Below, in pieces: positions 1-13,500 of a stretch of DNA of 64,000 bases. The position numbers were made by a program, and so were the translations under genes. The notes under the pieces were generated by a model that was given only the letters and a program-made list of their open reading frames with translations, ran no database searches and was not told the origin of the DNA. The first letter of the stretch is position 1. Every line of letters begins with the position of its first letter. This DNA is from Glaucostegus cemiculus. Its lineage: Eukaryota. Location: the NCBI GenBank assembly GCA_976551045.1, contig CDPCPM010000171.1, forward strand, positions 2,914,001 to 2,978,000, given 5' to 3'.

Positions 1-36
1 ATCTTCAAGATAGCTGACCTGTAATTTTGACTCGTT

Positions 37-64
37 TTCTCTCTCTCTCTCTCTCTCTCTCTCT
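37..64. repeat. (CT)n microsatellite
   Basis: Direct reading. Confidence 0.9.
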
Positions 65-1712
65 GCAGATGCTGCGTGCTCTCAGTGCTCTCTGCTTTCA
101 CATAAGTGGGATTTAGCCTTCCAAAGGAGAGTTGTTCACTGCATCTCAAGGGTCCTTCGCCGCGTGTGACTGTTCAACGTGAGTTTGCTGCCGATAATGA
201 GGATTACTTGAAATCAGAATCAAGAGTGGACACATGCCCTTGATGGGCAGCTCGGCAAGATGATTAGTCAAATCCATTAAGTGAAATTAAATCCTGAAAT
301 GCTATTACCGTGTGCCTGAAATGGGGCTGATCAGCACTGATTTATTTCTGTAAATCTGTAGTAGCATCAGGGCCTAAATCTGGCATATCATTCTGTTCAT
401 GGTATATATGAATAACTTAAATGTAGGGGACTAGGTAAGGTCTTTGACACGATACCAAATCTGGCAGTGAGGTTGATGGTGAGGAAGAAATTTGTAGGGT
501 GCAGGAAGATGCCAAAGGATTGGTTAGGTAAGTGGAAAACTCATTCAAATGGTGGAAAATCATGTGGAGAGAGAGAGATAACGAGGCAAGGGAATACACA
601 ACAAATGGTTGGATGCTAAACAGTGCAGAGGCATTGAAGTGAATAACCATGGAAGACCACAGAGGGGGAAGAATAAAGAATACTTATTGCCCATGGTTTG
701 GTCTATAGTAACAGGACAAGCATACTAAAACTGAACAAAACATTAGTTTGCCCATAGTTAGAATTCTAATTATTGCACCAAATAAAAGATAGTATAGCAA
801 TAGAAAAGCAGACAAAAGACCACAAGGATGTTGCCAGTGTGGAGAACTATAGTAATGGAGAGAGACTGGCATGGCTCGGGTCATTATACTTTGGAAAAAA
901 GATATTTGAGCAAAGATTTAACTGATGTGTACAGCATTCTGAGACTTTATGTCTGGTAAACAGAAAATACCCACATCCCTTTCTAGAAAAGTCAGTAATG
1001 AGGAAACATAGTTAATTGGTAGAAAGATTGGAATGGAGTTGAGGAATAGAGAGGGTTTGGGCATGTAGTTGATGAACCACAGACCAGCACCTAAAGTGGG
1101 ATTAGTCATAGTTTCTTTTTCTGAGATGGACACAATATGCTGAATGATTTTATTCAGTGCCACAAACTTCTCTGATTCTGTTGGTTCCATAGTAACATGC
1201 AAATTAGTTTCAGGAAACAATTTTCCACAGGCATCTGAATCTCACTCCTTTACAGACATTATATTAATCCTTGTGATGTACCCAGTTAATAATATACACA
1301 AATATGTTACAGTTATTTTTAATTAAACTGGTGAGATATCATTAAATGAAATATTAAGTTGTTCAGAGTTTAATATGTGCTGAGTAGAGGATTGTGTATG
1401 GGGTGTACATTGAGATTCAGTGCCCCTTTTCCCAAACCCTGGAATTTCCTTTGTTTTACCTAATACTAGGATGAGATCAGCTTCAAATGGAAATTTAATA
1501 ATTGCTGGGAAAAGATCAAAATATGGAGGACTAACAAGGTTAGACTGAGTGGGACATTAAAGTGTGTACTGAGGAGGAAATGAACAGACTGAGGAGTTGG
1601 ACTGAGGGGAATGAGGAAGATCAAGGTGATACTGGGTGGGTTTTGGGAATGAAGGTAGAATGGTATTACGTGGAGCGGTAATGAAGGGCATGGAAAACAA
1701 AAGGACAGTGGG

Positions 1713-2000
1713 GGTGGCTCAGTAGCATAGTGGTTAGCACAATGCATTACAGCGCCAGCGACCTGGTTTCAATTCCCACCGCTGTCTGTAAGGAGTTTGT
1801 ACGTTCTCCCCGTGTCTGTGTGGGTTTCCTCCGGGTGCTCTGGTTTCCTCCCACATTCCAAAAGACGTACAGGTTAGGAAGTTGCGGGCATGCTATGTTG
1901 GCGCCAGAAGCATGGCGACACTTGTGCGCTGCCCCCCAAAAATCACTATGCAAAATATGTATTTCACTGTGTGTTTCGATGTACATGTGACTAATAAAGG
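1713..2000 (+). mobile_element. tRNA-derived SINE
   Basis: A-box TAGCATAGTGG, B-box-like GGTTTCAATTCC, body shared with the copies at 27421 and 59416. Confidence 0.8.
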
Positions 2001-2399
2001 TCTTAGACTGGACAGGATACTAAAGGGAATACAGGAAGTGAGGGAAGAATGGGATTAGATTAAGTGGGATATTAAAGAACATGGGGTGTGACAGAGAGTG
2101 GGACTAAACAAGGCAGCTCACGTGGAGAGAAATGTGCAGTGCACATTTTATGGTCTGGATGTTCTGCTTCTTTGGTGGAACTTTCTGCAATATCCTTGCC
2201 TTTTTTGTTCAGTGTGAGTCAAATCTGTGGTGAATGACATTTTAATTTTCACATGTGCTGCAGTTTAAATTACCTTTCCATAGGGGTGTTTTTTTCTGGA
2301 GAAAATCTGCTTATAGTTTCAGCCTTTGACAAATCTTAGCTTAAAGTACTTATTAGGGAGAGAGACAGACAGACAGAGAGCACACGAGTGAGAGAGCTG

Positions 2400-2745
2400 T
2401 CATGCATTAATCTGTAAATAGTCCTATTTACATGCATTAGGCTAATCCAGCAAAGTATGAAGACTCAAAGAATTACACTAAACAAAATTACAGAGCATGA
2501 GATCAAAATAAACACTCTTGCAGACTGTGAGTAATTTTGATTTTACATGGTCAGGAACCTTGTGTGCATTACAAAACACTATTTTCATCAATGTAGCTGT
2601 CTGCACTATTAGTGCTGTGGCTCGGTTTGTGTATGTGTCTCAACACTCGTGTGATAGCCAAACAGTCATTGCCTGAAATTATCACTCTGACTCCCTCCCG
2701 GGAATAAACAGCCCAGTCCTCTGTTGGGAAAGTTCAGAGGTGAGA
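2400..2745 (+). promoter_or_regulatory. Putative PDE6H photoreceptor promoter / non-coding first exon with CRX/OTX-type sites
   Basis: TTAATCT at 2407-2413, CTAATCC at 2442-2448 and a candidate donor agag|gtgaga near 2740. The ATG exon has a splice acceptor, so an upstream non-coding exon is required. Confidence 0.4.
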
Positions 2746-3259
2746 TTTCACTGTCACTTTTGCCCTTCATTGCACTTTCAAAATTCATTGATTAATATGT
2801 TGTAGATTGTCTCTGTGTAATCGCTGACCTTACTAAACTGTACAGTTTACTGACGAGCTCTTAAATTCTTTTCTATATTACTCTGACAGTCCTTTCCTCA
2901 GCAGAATAGAGTCTAAATACAGAAAATGTCTCCCTTAACACTCTCTCTCTCTCTTCCCCCCCTCCAAACTTCTGCCTCTTCTTCTTTAAACCCTCTTAAA
3001 ACCCACCTCTTTTATTCACCCCACGCTCCACATCTCCATTGTGAGTTTGGTGACTTTTGTCAGATTATGTTACAGCAATGCTTAATACATCTCCAATTGC
3101 ACGACTTACCTTAGCATCTGGAAAAGTGCGTAAATAATAAATCATTGAAACCCAGACCGGCCAATGCATCTTGCAGATTAAAGCGGGATTACTGCTATGA
3201 AACAGCAGGGTTCCTAGTTATAGACAGTCAGCTACGCTGAGAGGCCACATACTGAGCAC

Positions 3260-3662
3260 CAGATTTTGAAAGCAGACACTCTGTTCTGAGCTCTGTCATG
3301 GGAGGACAGAGAAAAAGATTCAAGGATGTGCTCAAAGCCTCCTTTAAGAAATTCAACATTCCCACTGACTCCCGGAATGTCAGGCCCATGACCCCTCGAA
3401 ATGGAGGAGCATTCGAGATGTTATCGAGAACCTCGAGTCCATGCACTGGGATCAGACCAAAGCTCTGTGTAAGTTAGCAGAAGGTACGCTCCACCTCACA
3501 AACTACCCACTCGCCCGCCCCTTCCGTTACCTGCTGCCCCACCTCTGCAGGCACCTATGGATCGCACATTGGCCTCATCCGGCACTCAGAACCCGCAGAA
3601 CGGAGTGGAGGCAAGTCACCCTTGATCCCGAGGGACTGCCTCAGAAGAAAGAGAAGAAGAAA
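3260..3662 (+). mobile_element. RTE-type LINE 3' end
   Basis: GGQRKRFKDVLKASFKKFNIPTDS motif and an (AAG)n-like tail. Confidence 0.65.
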
Positions 3663-3928
3663 CAATGGAGGCTTTCTACACTTAACCAGACAGAACAAAT
3701 CTGCTAAATGAGAAACTTGGCACATATATTGCATAACCTTCCATGTAGTGGATTTTATAGATGTTATCCATTAACTCGGGTATCTTGTCCTGAATTTGGG
3801 GAACTGCGGGATGGGATTTGAGTTGGCCGACCTTTCAGGGAGAACCTTCTGCTCTAACTATGTTTTTTTTTCCTTCCAGTGAGATCCGTGGGAAGATCTT
3901 ACTGCCTCACTGATAACATACAGTGAAA

Positions 3929-4056
3929 ATGAACTCCATCAATGCACCAACCAACACAGCTGGAGGCCCCACCTCCCCCAGGAAAGGGCCACCAAAGTTC
4001 AAACAAAGAGCAACCCGGCAGTTCAAGAGCAAACCCCCAAAGGCGGGCGTGAAAGG
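3929..4056 (+). CDS. PDE6H: PDE6H coding exon 1
   Basis: Acceptor tttttccttccag ends at 3879, ATG at 3929, encodes [11 protein letters not shown], donor GG|gtacga. Confidence 0.93.
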
Positions 4057-6414
4057 GTACGAGCCAAAAGCTAGTTTGTAAATTGGAGCTTGGGGAAAAT
4101 TACATTAATTTTCTTTACGACTTGTGTGTGGTTTTCAGAATGGGGCAACAGTAAAACACAGCCTTCACCTCCTAGTGATGGGCAACATTCATCCCCAGTA
4201 GTTAAGTACCAGTATGACATGAAGACAGTCTGTTTCAGACTTGCCTTCCTCCCTTCTCAGCACATTGGGGTATTTAATCCACTAAGTGCAGTGGTTGGTT
4301 GTCCATATCTTCAACAAAGAAGCAGTCAGATCTAAGCCTGTTTGGCTCCATTATCTGGAGAACTGAGTCCAGTGCACACAAGATCGAGTCGATGAGTTGG
4401 AGACACCAAGAACTGTAAAGATCCATCCACACAGAGGGTTCAATGTGGATGAACCTTCTAACTGAATTTTAAAAAACTGTGCAGAAAAGTTCCAACTCTT
4501 CTGCACAGTTTTACTATTCAATTTGCAGAATGTGGATGTCGTTGACAAGGCGTGCATTTGTTGCCCATTCCTAGCTGGCTTTGAGAAGATGCTTCTTAAA
4601 CCACTAGTGGTGACTGAATTCCCATAGTTTTGCAAGGCAGAGAGATCCAGGACTTAAACTCAGATGATGAAGACACAGTAATAAGTTACCAGACTGGGAC
4701 TGTGTGCATTTGGTGAAGCACCCCAGGGGTTGGTGTTGACATGCACCATCTACCTCCGTCCTTCTTGGTGGTGAAGATCACAGAGGTAGGGTGTCACTTA
4801 CCACACAGTGCTCAGTCTCTGAGCTGCAGTTGTAACCACAGCAATTATATGGCTGGTCCAGATGAGATTCTGGTAAATGGTTACCACAGGATATTGATTG
4901 TGGAATACTGGACAATCAGAGAGTGTTCCAATTCCTTCATTAATTTCCCTACAACTTATTCTCCCCCTGTTCCCTACGAATCTACCAATCCTATTAGAGC
5001 GACCAATTAACCTACAAATACATCTTTTGTGATGTATGAGTGGTCCCAGTGGAGAACGTGCAAACTCCACACAGTCAGCACCCGAGGTCAGGATTGAGCT
5101 TGCTGGAGCTGTGAGGTAGCAGCTCTACTAGCTGCACTGCTGCTTTGCCCTGGGTTTGATCCTGACCACTGGGGGAGCTTTCAGTTCCTTTGGTGCTGTG
5201 TGATATTCTGCAGGTGATCAGGGCTTCTGCTGGTTCACTGAGGTGTCAGACTTTGATTTGTTCTCATTATCCTGCAGGTTTGGTGATGACATTCCTGGGA
5301 TGGAGGGACTCGGCACAGGTATGTACACAGATCACTCCTAGTCTTTCACTGACACCCACTGGAGTCTACACACACACCAATTACATCCTCCACTTTTTAC
5401 TGGTGAATGAGGCTCTCCATGGTCAAACAAACCGCTGACGCTTCAACATGACCACTTGGCCCAGACGCTGGTAGAAGAGTCAGTGCTTTAAAGATCAGCA
5501 AGGAGAAAACTGATGTAGATCCATTTTGGAAGGAAGGATGAGGAGGGACGACATTGACTATAGAGCACAGTTCTAGAGTGTGCTGGAGCAGAGGGTCTAG
5601 ACTTACTATATGCATAAATCTTTGCAAGTTGGAGAATTTAATGGTTAGTAATACATACAGAATATTGAACTTCCTAAACAGAAGCACAGAATATGAAAGC
5701 AAAGAGGTTATGTTAAATCTTTATAAAACACTGGTTGGGTCACAATTGGAGTATTACTTGTGGGAAGGATGTGAGGAAGAGAGAATAGAGCAATTACTTA
5801 TTAGAAAGAGGAATTTCAAACATGAGCTGAAGTTGTTCTCGTTGGAACAAAGAGGGTTGAGGGGAGGTTCGGTGGAAGTGCAGAAGATCATGGTGGTTTT
5901 AGACAGAGATCGATTGTTTCTATCAGTGCAAGGTTCAATGACCAGAGGACACAGATTGCGAGGGACCAAAAGGAATGTCTTTTGTTGCGGAGAATGGTTA
6001 GTACCTAGAAACGCTGCCTGCACAGATGATAGAACCAGAGTCAATATGGGATTTCAAGGGGCAATTGGCTGTGCATTTGATGGAAAATGGGTAGATTTAG
6101 ATAGATAGATTTAGATAGATAGATACCTTTATTAGTCACGTACATCGAAACACACAGTGAAATGCATCCCTTGCACAAAGATACAGGAGTGGAAAGGTAC
6201 TCAGAGAATCTCTCTATCAGTAGCCAGCATGATCTTAATGGATCAAATGGTCTCATTCTTTGCCATAACAATTCTAGGATTGTATTCAATGAAAGGTGCT
6301 TTGATTAATGAGTGCCTGATTCTCACTCCACTTTCAGATATCACTGTGATTTGCCCATGGGAAGCATTCAGCCACTTGGAGCTTCACGAACTGGCTCAAT
6401 ATGGAATCGTCTGA
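3929..6414 (+). CDS. PDE6H: Cone cGMP phosphodiesterase 6 gamma subunit; join(3929..4056,5278..5318,6338..6414), 81 aa
   Basis: Spliced product [81 protein letters not shown]. Introns are GT-AG with consistent phases (2,1). GVKG and FSH match the cone (H) type, and PDE6H is linked to WBP11 on human 12p. Confidence 0.93.
5278..5318 (+). CDS. PDE6H: PDE6H coding exon 2
   Basis: cctgcag| [13 protein letters not shown] |gtatgt. Confidence 0.95.
5625..6100 (+). mobile_element. Decayed CR1 fragment in a PDE6H intron
   Basis: [41 protein letters not shown]. Confidence 0.8.
6338..6414 (+). CDS. PDE6H: PDE6H coding exon 3
   Basis: ctttcag| [25 protein letters not shown]. Confidence 0.95.
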
Positions 6415-6863
6415 CAGAGGCTTGGGAATGCAAACCGAACATCAGGGAGTGGCTGGTGTTTCCGCTGCAGCATTAACCCTAGTGAGGCAGATGGAGCAGA
6501 GTTACTATTAGAAGCCACTGTGTGCTGTACTTCACCATTACTGTTCACCCTCAGGAGCCTGAACATTAATGTAGCTGTCAGTTTTCAGACAACGACTGTG
6601 AGGAGCAGTGTATAGTCACCATGTATTGTCATGGGTTCAGTTGCTTTTATGGATTTCAGGAAAGTTGTACAGTAAAGTTCTACTTTTAAGTATAGAACTT
6701 TGATCTTTGCATCAATCATTTTCTTTTCCATTTGTTAAACAGTCTGTTTGGATTCTCTCTAGGAAGAATGGGAGGGACTGATTTCTACCACTCCTCCAAA
6801 TGAATTCATTTAGCTGCCATTGCTGTGTTAAATTGGAATGTGCATCAATATGTAGAGAATGAA

Positions 6864-6869
6864 AATAAA
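6864..6869 (+). terminator. Candidate polyadenylation signal of PDE6H
   Basis: AATAAA about 450 bp after the stop; a second AATAAA at 7222-7227. Confidence 0.45.
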
Positions 6870-6959
6870 AAAGATTTAAAACTTTTGTTACCGTTGAAAT
6901 GGACAAAAATTGGATGGTACATTGGATGAAGCCCCTTGGCAACCGAACTGGAATCCAGA

Positions 6960-7140
6960 TCCGCACACAAAATGCGGGAGGGACTCAGCAGGTGAGGCAG
7001 CATCTGTGGAGGAAAATGGACAGTCGATGTTTCAGGAGTCCAGATGAAGGGTCATGGTCCAGAATGTTGACTGTCCATTTCCCTCCATAGCTGCTGCCTG
7101 ACCCAGTGAGTTCCTCCAGTGCTTTGTGTGTTGCTCCAAG
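6960..7140. repeat. Penelope-type foldback (inverted-repeat) element
   Basis: Arms ACTCAGCAGGTGAGGCAGCATCTGTGGAGGAAAATGGACAGTC and GACTGTCCATTTCCCTCCATAGCTGCTGCCTGACCCAGTGAGT. Confidence 0.7.
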
Positions 7141-7300
7141 TCTTGGTAGATCTGGTACTTCATGGCTTGCAATACCTGTAGAACCATCCTTTTTGTGTTC
7201 TCCTCAGAGCTAAGAATTAAGAATAAAGTCAGATGCCTCCTGATTTAACATTTATCGTAATAGAGTGGAAACTCTTCCCTCTCCAGCCCCTGAAGGACTC

Positions 7301-7555
7301 TCATTGAGTCTGTAACTGTCCCATCTTCACCCACTCAATTTTCTTCTTGATTCCATAGGAGTTGAGCGTTAGATCAGTGTGGCGCCTCTTTAGTTCCTCC
7401 AGCTTGTACTGCAGTCTCTCGTTGGTGTCCACATTATCTTCAAGGTCACGGAGCAACAACTCATTGCACAGCAGACCACACTTCTCCTTCAACTCCAGGT
7501 TGGCGCTCCGGACTCTGTCCCGTGCCTGTTTAGTTTTGGTCAAGATCTCCCTCTT
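7301..7555 (-). CDS. CCDC96: CCDC96-like last coding exon
   Basis: ttgttacag| KREILTKTKQARD...QLQTQ*. Confidence 0.9.
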   Translation of the reverse strand, partial: KREILTKTKQARDRVRSANLELKEKCGLLCNELLLRDLEDNVDTNERLQYKLEELKRRHTDLTLNSYGIKKKIEWVKMGQLQTQ

Positions 7556-10500
7556 CTGTAACAACACCAAACGGAAGCTGGGTTACAGGGTCAGAAGTCC
7601 CAGTGCAGAGAGAGGACATTCAGCCCATTAGGTCTGTGCCAGCTCAATGCAAGAACAAAGCAACAGCCCCCAGCCCTGAGCTCTCTCCTCAGCCCTGCAG
7701 CCTTTCTACCTTCAAGGATTTACCCAGCTCCCTTTCAAATGCCACAGCTAAGTCTGCCTCCACTACCCAACCCCAGCAGTGCTTTCTGAATCTAACCAAT
7801 CACAATGCAGAAAGAACTATACCTCACATCACTTTTTGTACTTTTGCACAATGTACAGCACTGGTGGGCACAGGTCTATTACTGTATGACAATGAGACAC
7901 AGTACTGTCAGACAAAGATCTGTCACTGTTTAACATGGGGACAGTACTGGTAGGCATGGATCTGTACCTCTTTACACAGAGGGACAGTACTGGGACACAA
8001 TTCTATCACTGTGTAACACTAGGACACTATATCGCTGGGCAAAGGTGGGAAACGATCTCTCACTGTATAACGCTGAAGTACAGTTTTGGCGGACACGGGT
8101 TTGTCACTGTAATAACACTGGGATATGGTAATGGTAGGTGAATGTCTCTCACTGTATAACACTAGTGGCCAAAGCCCTGAGTATTGTACCCCATTGTCAG
8201 TAACAGACCTGTGCCCACCAGTACTGTACAATATGTCCAGAGTTGGATATGGTTGATACGGACCTGGATCTGGACTGTAGTTCTAGTACCCCTCCATTCC
8301 CCCTGCATCCGTTCTCTCTCCTGTATCTGCTCTGCCCCTCTGCTTACTGCACTCACATTCTCCCACCACCCCACCTCCCGGACCCACTGCAGAGGATGCT
8401 CCCTCCTCACGTTTCCTGTCCTCTCCCCACCTCCAGTTCTCACTCTCTCCTTCCCTCTCTCCAACACCCTCCCTCCCAACAGCCACTCCCTACCACCATT
8501 ACCTGTGCCACAGTGGCCTCAACCTCCCTGAGTTGAGTTTTCTTCTCCTCATTCTCTTTCTCCACGTACTCCAGCTTTTCCTTGATGTGAGTCAGCACCT
8601 CAATGGTAGCTGCTATCTTCTTCTTCATTTTGGTGACTTCCTGCAATTAATACCAGGGTTGTTGCTCTGATACATCAGTTACATGTTTGATAGCAAAGTA
8701 AAGTGCAAAACAATGGCCTCACTGTGCTAAGCTTTCAATTTTGAAGTCGAGTTACCATCCAACTATTTCCATACGACATCTAACTTTACATCCTTCAGCT
8801 GTTTCTCCACCTTTGATTAAGTCTCTACATCACTGGGATACTCGGAGAGAGCATCCACTTGCCACACATGCTTCACCACTGTCGATCTGTGGACAGTGAT
8901 AGAAACTGGGATCCAAAGGTAAAGTACTGCAGATGCTCCAAAGCAAATTTCGACATCTGCAATATTTTGCTATTTGTTTCAATGCCACTTCTACACCAGG
9001 AATTCCATCTCAAAGCAGCTCTGATCCTCTTGCTGTCGGGATTTCCATTCATCAGAATAAAGAAAATTAACAACAGCAATGGGAAGCTGGATTATTTGTG
9101 CTCAATTCTGCCCTTTGCAGCTCCCCATGATATACCTACCTCAGACTGGTTTATTTGCCTTTTAGCATTTGTGCACGTAGATTGCTGTTAATAAATCCCC
9201 AGGATTTGATGACCAGCATCCCAAAGTTTTGAATAAAATGGTTTTCAATTTATTGGATACATTGGTTGTGACCCTGTCCCACAGATCTGAGAATCATTCC
9301 CACAGAATGGATGGTAGCAAATGTAATCCTGCAGTTTAAGAAAAAAAGGAGAGAGAACAGGGAAGTATGGACCAGGGAAAAGCTAGAATCTGGGAAAATT
9401 CTAGGAAGTGGTAGCAGACCACATAGGAAGTGATAATAGGATTGAGCATGGAATGCTAAAAACAGGAAATCATGTTTGACAATTGAGTTTTTTGAGGCAA
9501 CCAGCAGAGTAGATAAGGGTTAACGGGTGGATATAATGTACTTGGACTTTCAGATGACCTACAGTAAGGTGCCACACCAAAGGTTATTCAACAAAATTAG
9601 AAGAATGAGAGATAAGTTTCATGTAACATAAGATTCTGATAGGGTGTGACAAGCCAGAGCCTGGGAACTGGGAGCACTATTTCAGAGTAAAGGATTGGCC
9701 CTTAAAGGCAAAGATGAGAAGGAATTTCACCTCTCAGAGGGTTGAGAACCTTTGGAATTTACTCCAGAGAGCTGTGGAGGCTGTCATTCAATGTATTAAT
9801 TGAGATAGATCTACGAAAAGAAGAAATAGGAGTAGAAATGTGCTTCATTGCGTCTGCTCCGGGTTCAGTATGATCAAGGCTGGTCTCACCTTGGCTTCAA
9901 CTCTAGGTTCCTGCCTATTCCCCATAATCTAATATAACTCTCCTCTGGACCAAAAATCCATTTCATTCTTGCTTATGTTCAGTGATTTAGCTGCCACAGT
10001 TCTTTGGGACAGAAATTCCAAAGATTCAGACATGTTGGAATGTAGATTATGGAGTTATGCAGGAAAATTACCAAAGTCAGATCACCGTATTGAATGGTGG
10101 AGCAGGTTTGAAGGGAAGTGTGGTGTATCCCTGCTCCAGTTCCTACAGTTTTTTCTTATTCTCAACCTTATTTCTCGTGTGGTTGCTGTATAAAGTCAGT
10201 GTGTGTTTGAACTGAGCCAGGATCGGGATGGTTGCATTCCTCTACATGAGTCCTTTTGGATTAAGGTGGGCCGTGATCACCCTGAGTTTTCAGATCTCCC
10301 CCCGTTCTTTCCCAATTCACTGCACTCCAGAACAAATCAGATCTCAGGCCCTGAGAAAATCCAGAACCCTGGGTTTTTCACATTAGGAAAATCATTTAAT
10401 TAACATATGGTAAGATTTGACATTTGTGGTGCACAATGGGCAAAATCACGTTGTAGTGAAAAAGTTCCAAGGTTGTTTTTGTTTCCTCTTCCCCGGACTG

Positions 10501-13500
10501 GGATAGCTCACATAAAAACTGAGCTTTTATCAGATACAGTTCCCCCAAAGTGAGTCTTGGTTAGCAGTTTCAGGAACAAAGAGAGGAAACCAGGCACAAA
10601 GGAGGATCTCAGTTTACTGACAGTAAGGCATCTCCATTCTTTCACTATGCTTTGTTATTCTGTTTTCTTTCCCTGCTTTTGAAAGTGCTCGTGGTTACAA
10701 TCCGCCACCTCTTTTAAATGGCCTGTAACAGAAAGGGAGGTGGAGTATTTCAAGATGGAAGGGACTTACAGTTGAGCAGAATCTTGTCCTAACCTGGTGG
10801 CTATCATTACATATTGTCCCTTGCACTTTGAACAGAACTGTGAATTCAGTACAACTCATTTCCTCCTCCATTCTGAGGGTAATCAGGTTGAGTTTACCTG
10901 ACATTTCAGTCTGGACAACTACTTGCAATGCACACTGTTGAACTGAGTTATTGCAACACTAACTTACATGGCCCATCTAGGTGATAAATGTGATCACACT
11001 CTTTTTAGCTCTTTGACCCTACTTACCTCCATGCGTTCCTCAATCTTTTCGCTGTAAGACTGGTTCTCGATTTTCAGCTGCTCATAGTCAATCAGATTTA
11101 GCCCATCTGCCAGTTCCTCCCTCGCCTTCAGCTGATGCTCATAATACTTCAGCTTATTCTTCATCTTGATAGTCAGGAATCGAATCTGCCTCATCTCCTT
11201 CTCTTTCTGCTCCTCAACATTTTGAATGCGTTCTAACTCCTGCATATGCACACCCACACAAACACCACACACGTGCACACCCACACACAGAGAAAATAAG
11301 ATAATGAACTGTTCTTATTTGGCTTTAATTTTGCTTTGAGTTTAAGAACTGCATTTGTATGTTTGGAACCGAGGAATATTGTTGTGTTGGAGTGGAGTTT
11401 TTACACTACATTGAAACCAAGTCATCCTTGATCTAGGAGGACTTGATATTGACCCATTGCTGAGTGTCTCATTCCCAAGCACTAATATTTTGCATTTGAT
11501 TCACCAACAGACGTCCACCCTGGTTCAGAGTTTGAAGAACTATAATTCTAAATGCTCTTGTGCAGGTTTGCTGGTTACAAGTGAAGCATGTGGGAAGGTG
11601 ACAGAAAAAGTTACTAATCATTCCACAACTCCCAGATGAAATTCTAAAATCGCCAACAAGTCCATTTAGTGCCTTCTTACATCAAAACGTTTCAGCTGAA
11701 TTGGCTCACCACTTCTACCCTCGCCTATAAAGCTCACCCCAGTCAAAATCCAATAAAGGAGATTTATTATCAGGTGCCCCTTGTGGGGGTTTGGATCAGA
11801 AAATGGCAGCCTTGCCCTACTAATTCTGACCTGTGCTCCCTTTGAAATTGGGAGTGTGCATTCACAGCATCACCCTGACCAATATTCCAGTATCAAGGGC
11901 AACTCTTCCAGTACTCTATGTCCTTGACAGAATTAAAATAAAATCTAGAGAAACAAAGGACTGCAGATGCTGGAATCTAGATGAAAAACATAATGATGCT
12001 GGAGGAACTCAGCAGGCCAGGCAGCATCCGTGGAGAAAAGCAAGTGGTTAACGTTTCGGGTCAGGACCAGAAGGGTCCAGAAAAACAGGACCGCCTGCTT
12101 TTCTCCACGGATGCTGCCTGACCTGCTGAGTACCTCCAGCATCATCTTGCTTGCTTCCTCTACCCTCCAACCTCTCTCTATCTTCATTTCAGTTATCCCA
12201 AAATTCTTCATTTGATTGGCACTGCTCTGGTCTTAGAATTTTTATATTTTTGTTCCTACAGTATTCTTCCTCCTTCCCTCCTTTGAGAATTTCTTAGAAT
12301 TAAAACCCTGGTTTTTGCAGGAAAGATAGAAGCGGCCAGTCTGAGTATTTGCTCAGTGGGCAGAACACTGTTTGTGATGGTATAGCTGTGTAAACACAAG
12401 GAGGCACGGCTTCTAAAGGTTTTAAGGCTGCAAGGAGAAAAGATGAGTTGCTGTGGTGACAGGTAAGTGGCCTAATCATTCACTATTCACACAGACATAT
12501 GGTAGGCAACAGCTAACATCAGGCAGGAGGTACAAAAGCCTGAAGTCCCACACTACCAGGTTTAAGAACAGCTACTTCCTTTCAACCACGGTTCTTGAAC
12601 CAAATGGCACAACCCTAATCACTACAGTTTAGCGACACTATAACTACTTTAATCACTTTGCACTAAAACAGAATTATTTTTTATTTTTAGTTGTGTTCTT
12701 TCTTATAAAATTGTTTATAATGTATGTTTAATTTATGTTTTTCTTGAGAATGCTGCTTGTATGTGCCTGTGATGCTGCTGAAAGTAGGGTTTTCATTGCA
12801 CTTGTGCATACATGTACTTGTGTATATGACAATAAACTTGCCTTTGACTTTGCCTCTTCTTTCATTATGCTGCATGGCAAGGTGGGATGACTTCCCCAGA
12901 TCCTGCAGAGTAATGTCCCAGGCCTGGGCCAAATGGCAGATCCGCTGTATGGGAATTTCTGAATGAGGTCCACAGCCATGGATACAGAGCTTGGCTGTGC
13001 CCTTTTTACAGCCATCCATCAGTACCTTTTATTTAAGTATTGCAGCCAGAATGACTAACTAACAATGCACGAGTCAGATCCGCAATCTGACCATGACCAC
13101 AGGCAAAAAAGGTTGTGGAGCCTCATAAAATCTCTCCATCCTCTCTTCTCGAGAGATTTTAAATCCACAGCCATTTCTGATTTCTGTTGTCTACTCCCTT
13201 GCCTTCCTAACGTCATTGGTCTCTTTACTCTTTGCCTCAATTTCTCAGTTACAGACACAAAATTAAACAACACCAGTTTTTCGTTAACATGAAGCGTTGT
13301 GGAAAAACACAACAAAATAATTTAAAGTAGTCAGCAGGGGGATCAACAAGAGATACATCAGCAAGAGAGTGATAATTAATTCAGGCTGTGGTCTGTGACA
13401 AACAAAACACACTGTGCAAAGCAATAAGTCCTCTTATCACTCTTAGAAACTGCATTGAGCAAGAATCAATTTACCTGGAGTGCTGCTTGCCTTCCTGGTC

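Noticed and set aside
1713-1800. tRNA-like sequences (also 27421, 59416, 22955, 63925)
   Set aside because: They are SINE heads continuing into a shared SINE body, not tRNA genes.
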